Virus record (IMG/VR): IMGVR_UViG_3300025708_000007
Coordinates: 26,968-90,967 of that record
Length of the DNA: 64,000 bases
Strand: one strand, 5' to 3'
Source: a virus
Lineage: Duplodnaviria > Caudoviricetes
In this document: positions 63,481-64,000 of the stretch, in pieces
Numbering within the stretch: position 1 is the first letter of the stretch
Layout: each line of letters opens with the position of its first letter
The notes under the pieces: model-generated
The model's database searches: none
What the model saw: only the letters and a program-made list of their open reading frames with translations
Told to the model about the DNA's origin: nothing
Made by a program: the position numbers and the translations under genes

Positions 63481-64000
63481 ATGTTAAATGATTTTTTATT
63501 AATACTTGTGAAAAACGATGGGAATGTCGTTTATGACATATTTGCCACTTCGCATAAAGATTTGGTGAATAAATACATTACTCCTGAAGATGAAAAACAA
63601 AAAACGTATTTTAAAGCAGTTTTCGTTCCAAAAGATGGTCACAGACTTGATGAGGTAAATGAATATGTTTTAAGAAATGCAGAGGTTTCATACCCACATT
63701 GGTTTACATCTGAAGTTGAGAAAACAGCAATCAACAACCTCAAAAATATCATCAATTCAATGATAGTTAAGGGTCGTAAACAATTATTATTGCATGAAGG
63801 TGCAATACTCGCTGGAAATGCTGTTATTGACGAATCAAAACATTCAGTAATTTTTGCAATGTATGATAATGCACACATTAAAATTGTTGACAATAGTTCT
63901 GAAATTCAAAGAATGACAGATGAAAGTTTTGTTGACAAACTTTGTGATAATTCAAAAATTGAGGAAGTTTGGGGATTTGCAAAAATCAAAGAAATGCGAG
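63481..64000 (+). CDS. Hypothetical protein, truncated by the window edge
   Basis: ATG at 63481, open to the window end. Confidence 0.6.
   Translation, partial: MLNDFLLILVKNDGNVVYDIFATSHKDLVNKYITPEDEKQKTYFKAVFVPKDGHRLDEVNEYVLRNAEVSYPHWFTSEVEKTAINNLKNIINSMIVKGRKQLLLHEGAILAGNAVIDESKHSVIFAMYDNAHIKIVDNSSEIQRMTDESFVDKLCDNSKIEEVWGFAKIKEMR

Noticed and set aside
1-64000. Genome-wide TAG reassignment (code 15/16) suggested by the CUA tRNA
   Set aside because: ORFs are long and dense under the standard code, and many end in TAG immediately before the next gene or tRNA (5053, 5270, 42577, 45302). Only two local in-frame TAGs were found.

Overview
Fragment of a large lytic dsDNA (jumbo-type) phage genome whose host is most likely in Bacteroidota (TTTG-N19-TAnnTTTG promoters, A-rich leaders without Shine-Dalgarno sites). 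It carries about 50 tRNA or tRNA-like genes, a tmRNA, a minimal RNase P RNA candidate, several unassigned structured RNAs, 11 free-standing endonucleases mostly abutting tRNAs, translation and RNA-repair genes (Rnl1-type RNA ligase, two nucleotidyltransferases, Pth2-like hydrolase), nucleotide metabolism genes (class II RNR, IMPDH/GMPR, NTP pyrophosphatases) and many small hypotheticals. Main discovery: each of the four tRNA operons is preceded by a promoter, a short unannotated leader ORF enriched for the amino acids of the downstream tRNAs (P/H/Q; D/E/V/L/A/W; Y/K; T/C/N/I/S/F/G/R), and a terminator whose 5' arm can instead pair with the 3' end of the leader. This looks like ribosome-mediated attenuation of tRNA genes. 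Other highlights: an amber (CUA) tRNA with an amber-interrupted Pth2-like gene and an amber-containing RPP uORF nearby, a ~210-nt RNase P-like RNA, and a duplicated 94-nt RNA with three compensatory base pairs. All structures and protein families were read by eye; no database or folding program was run.
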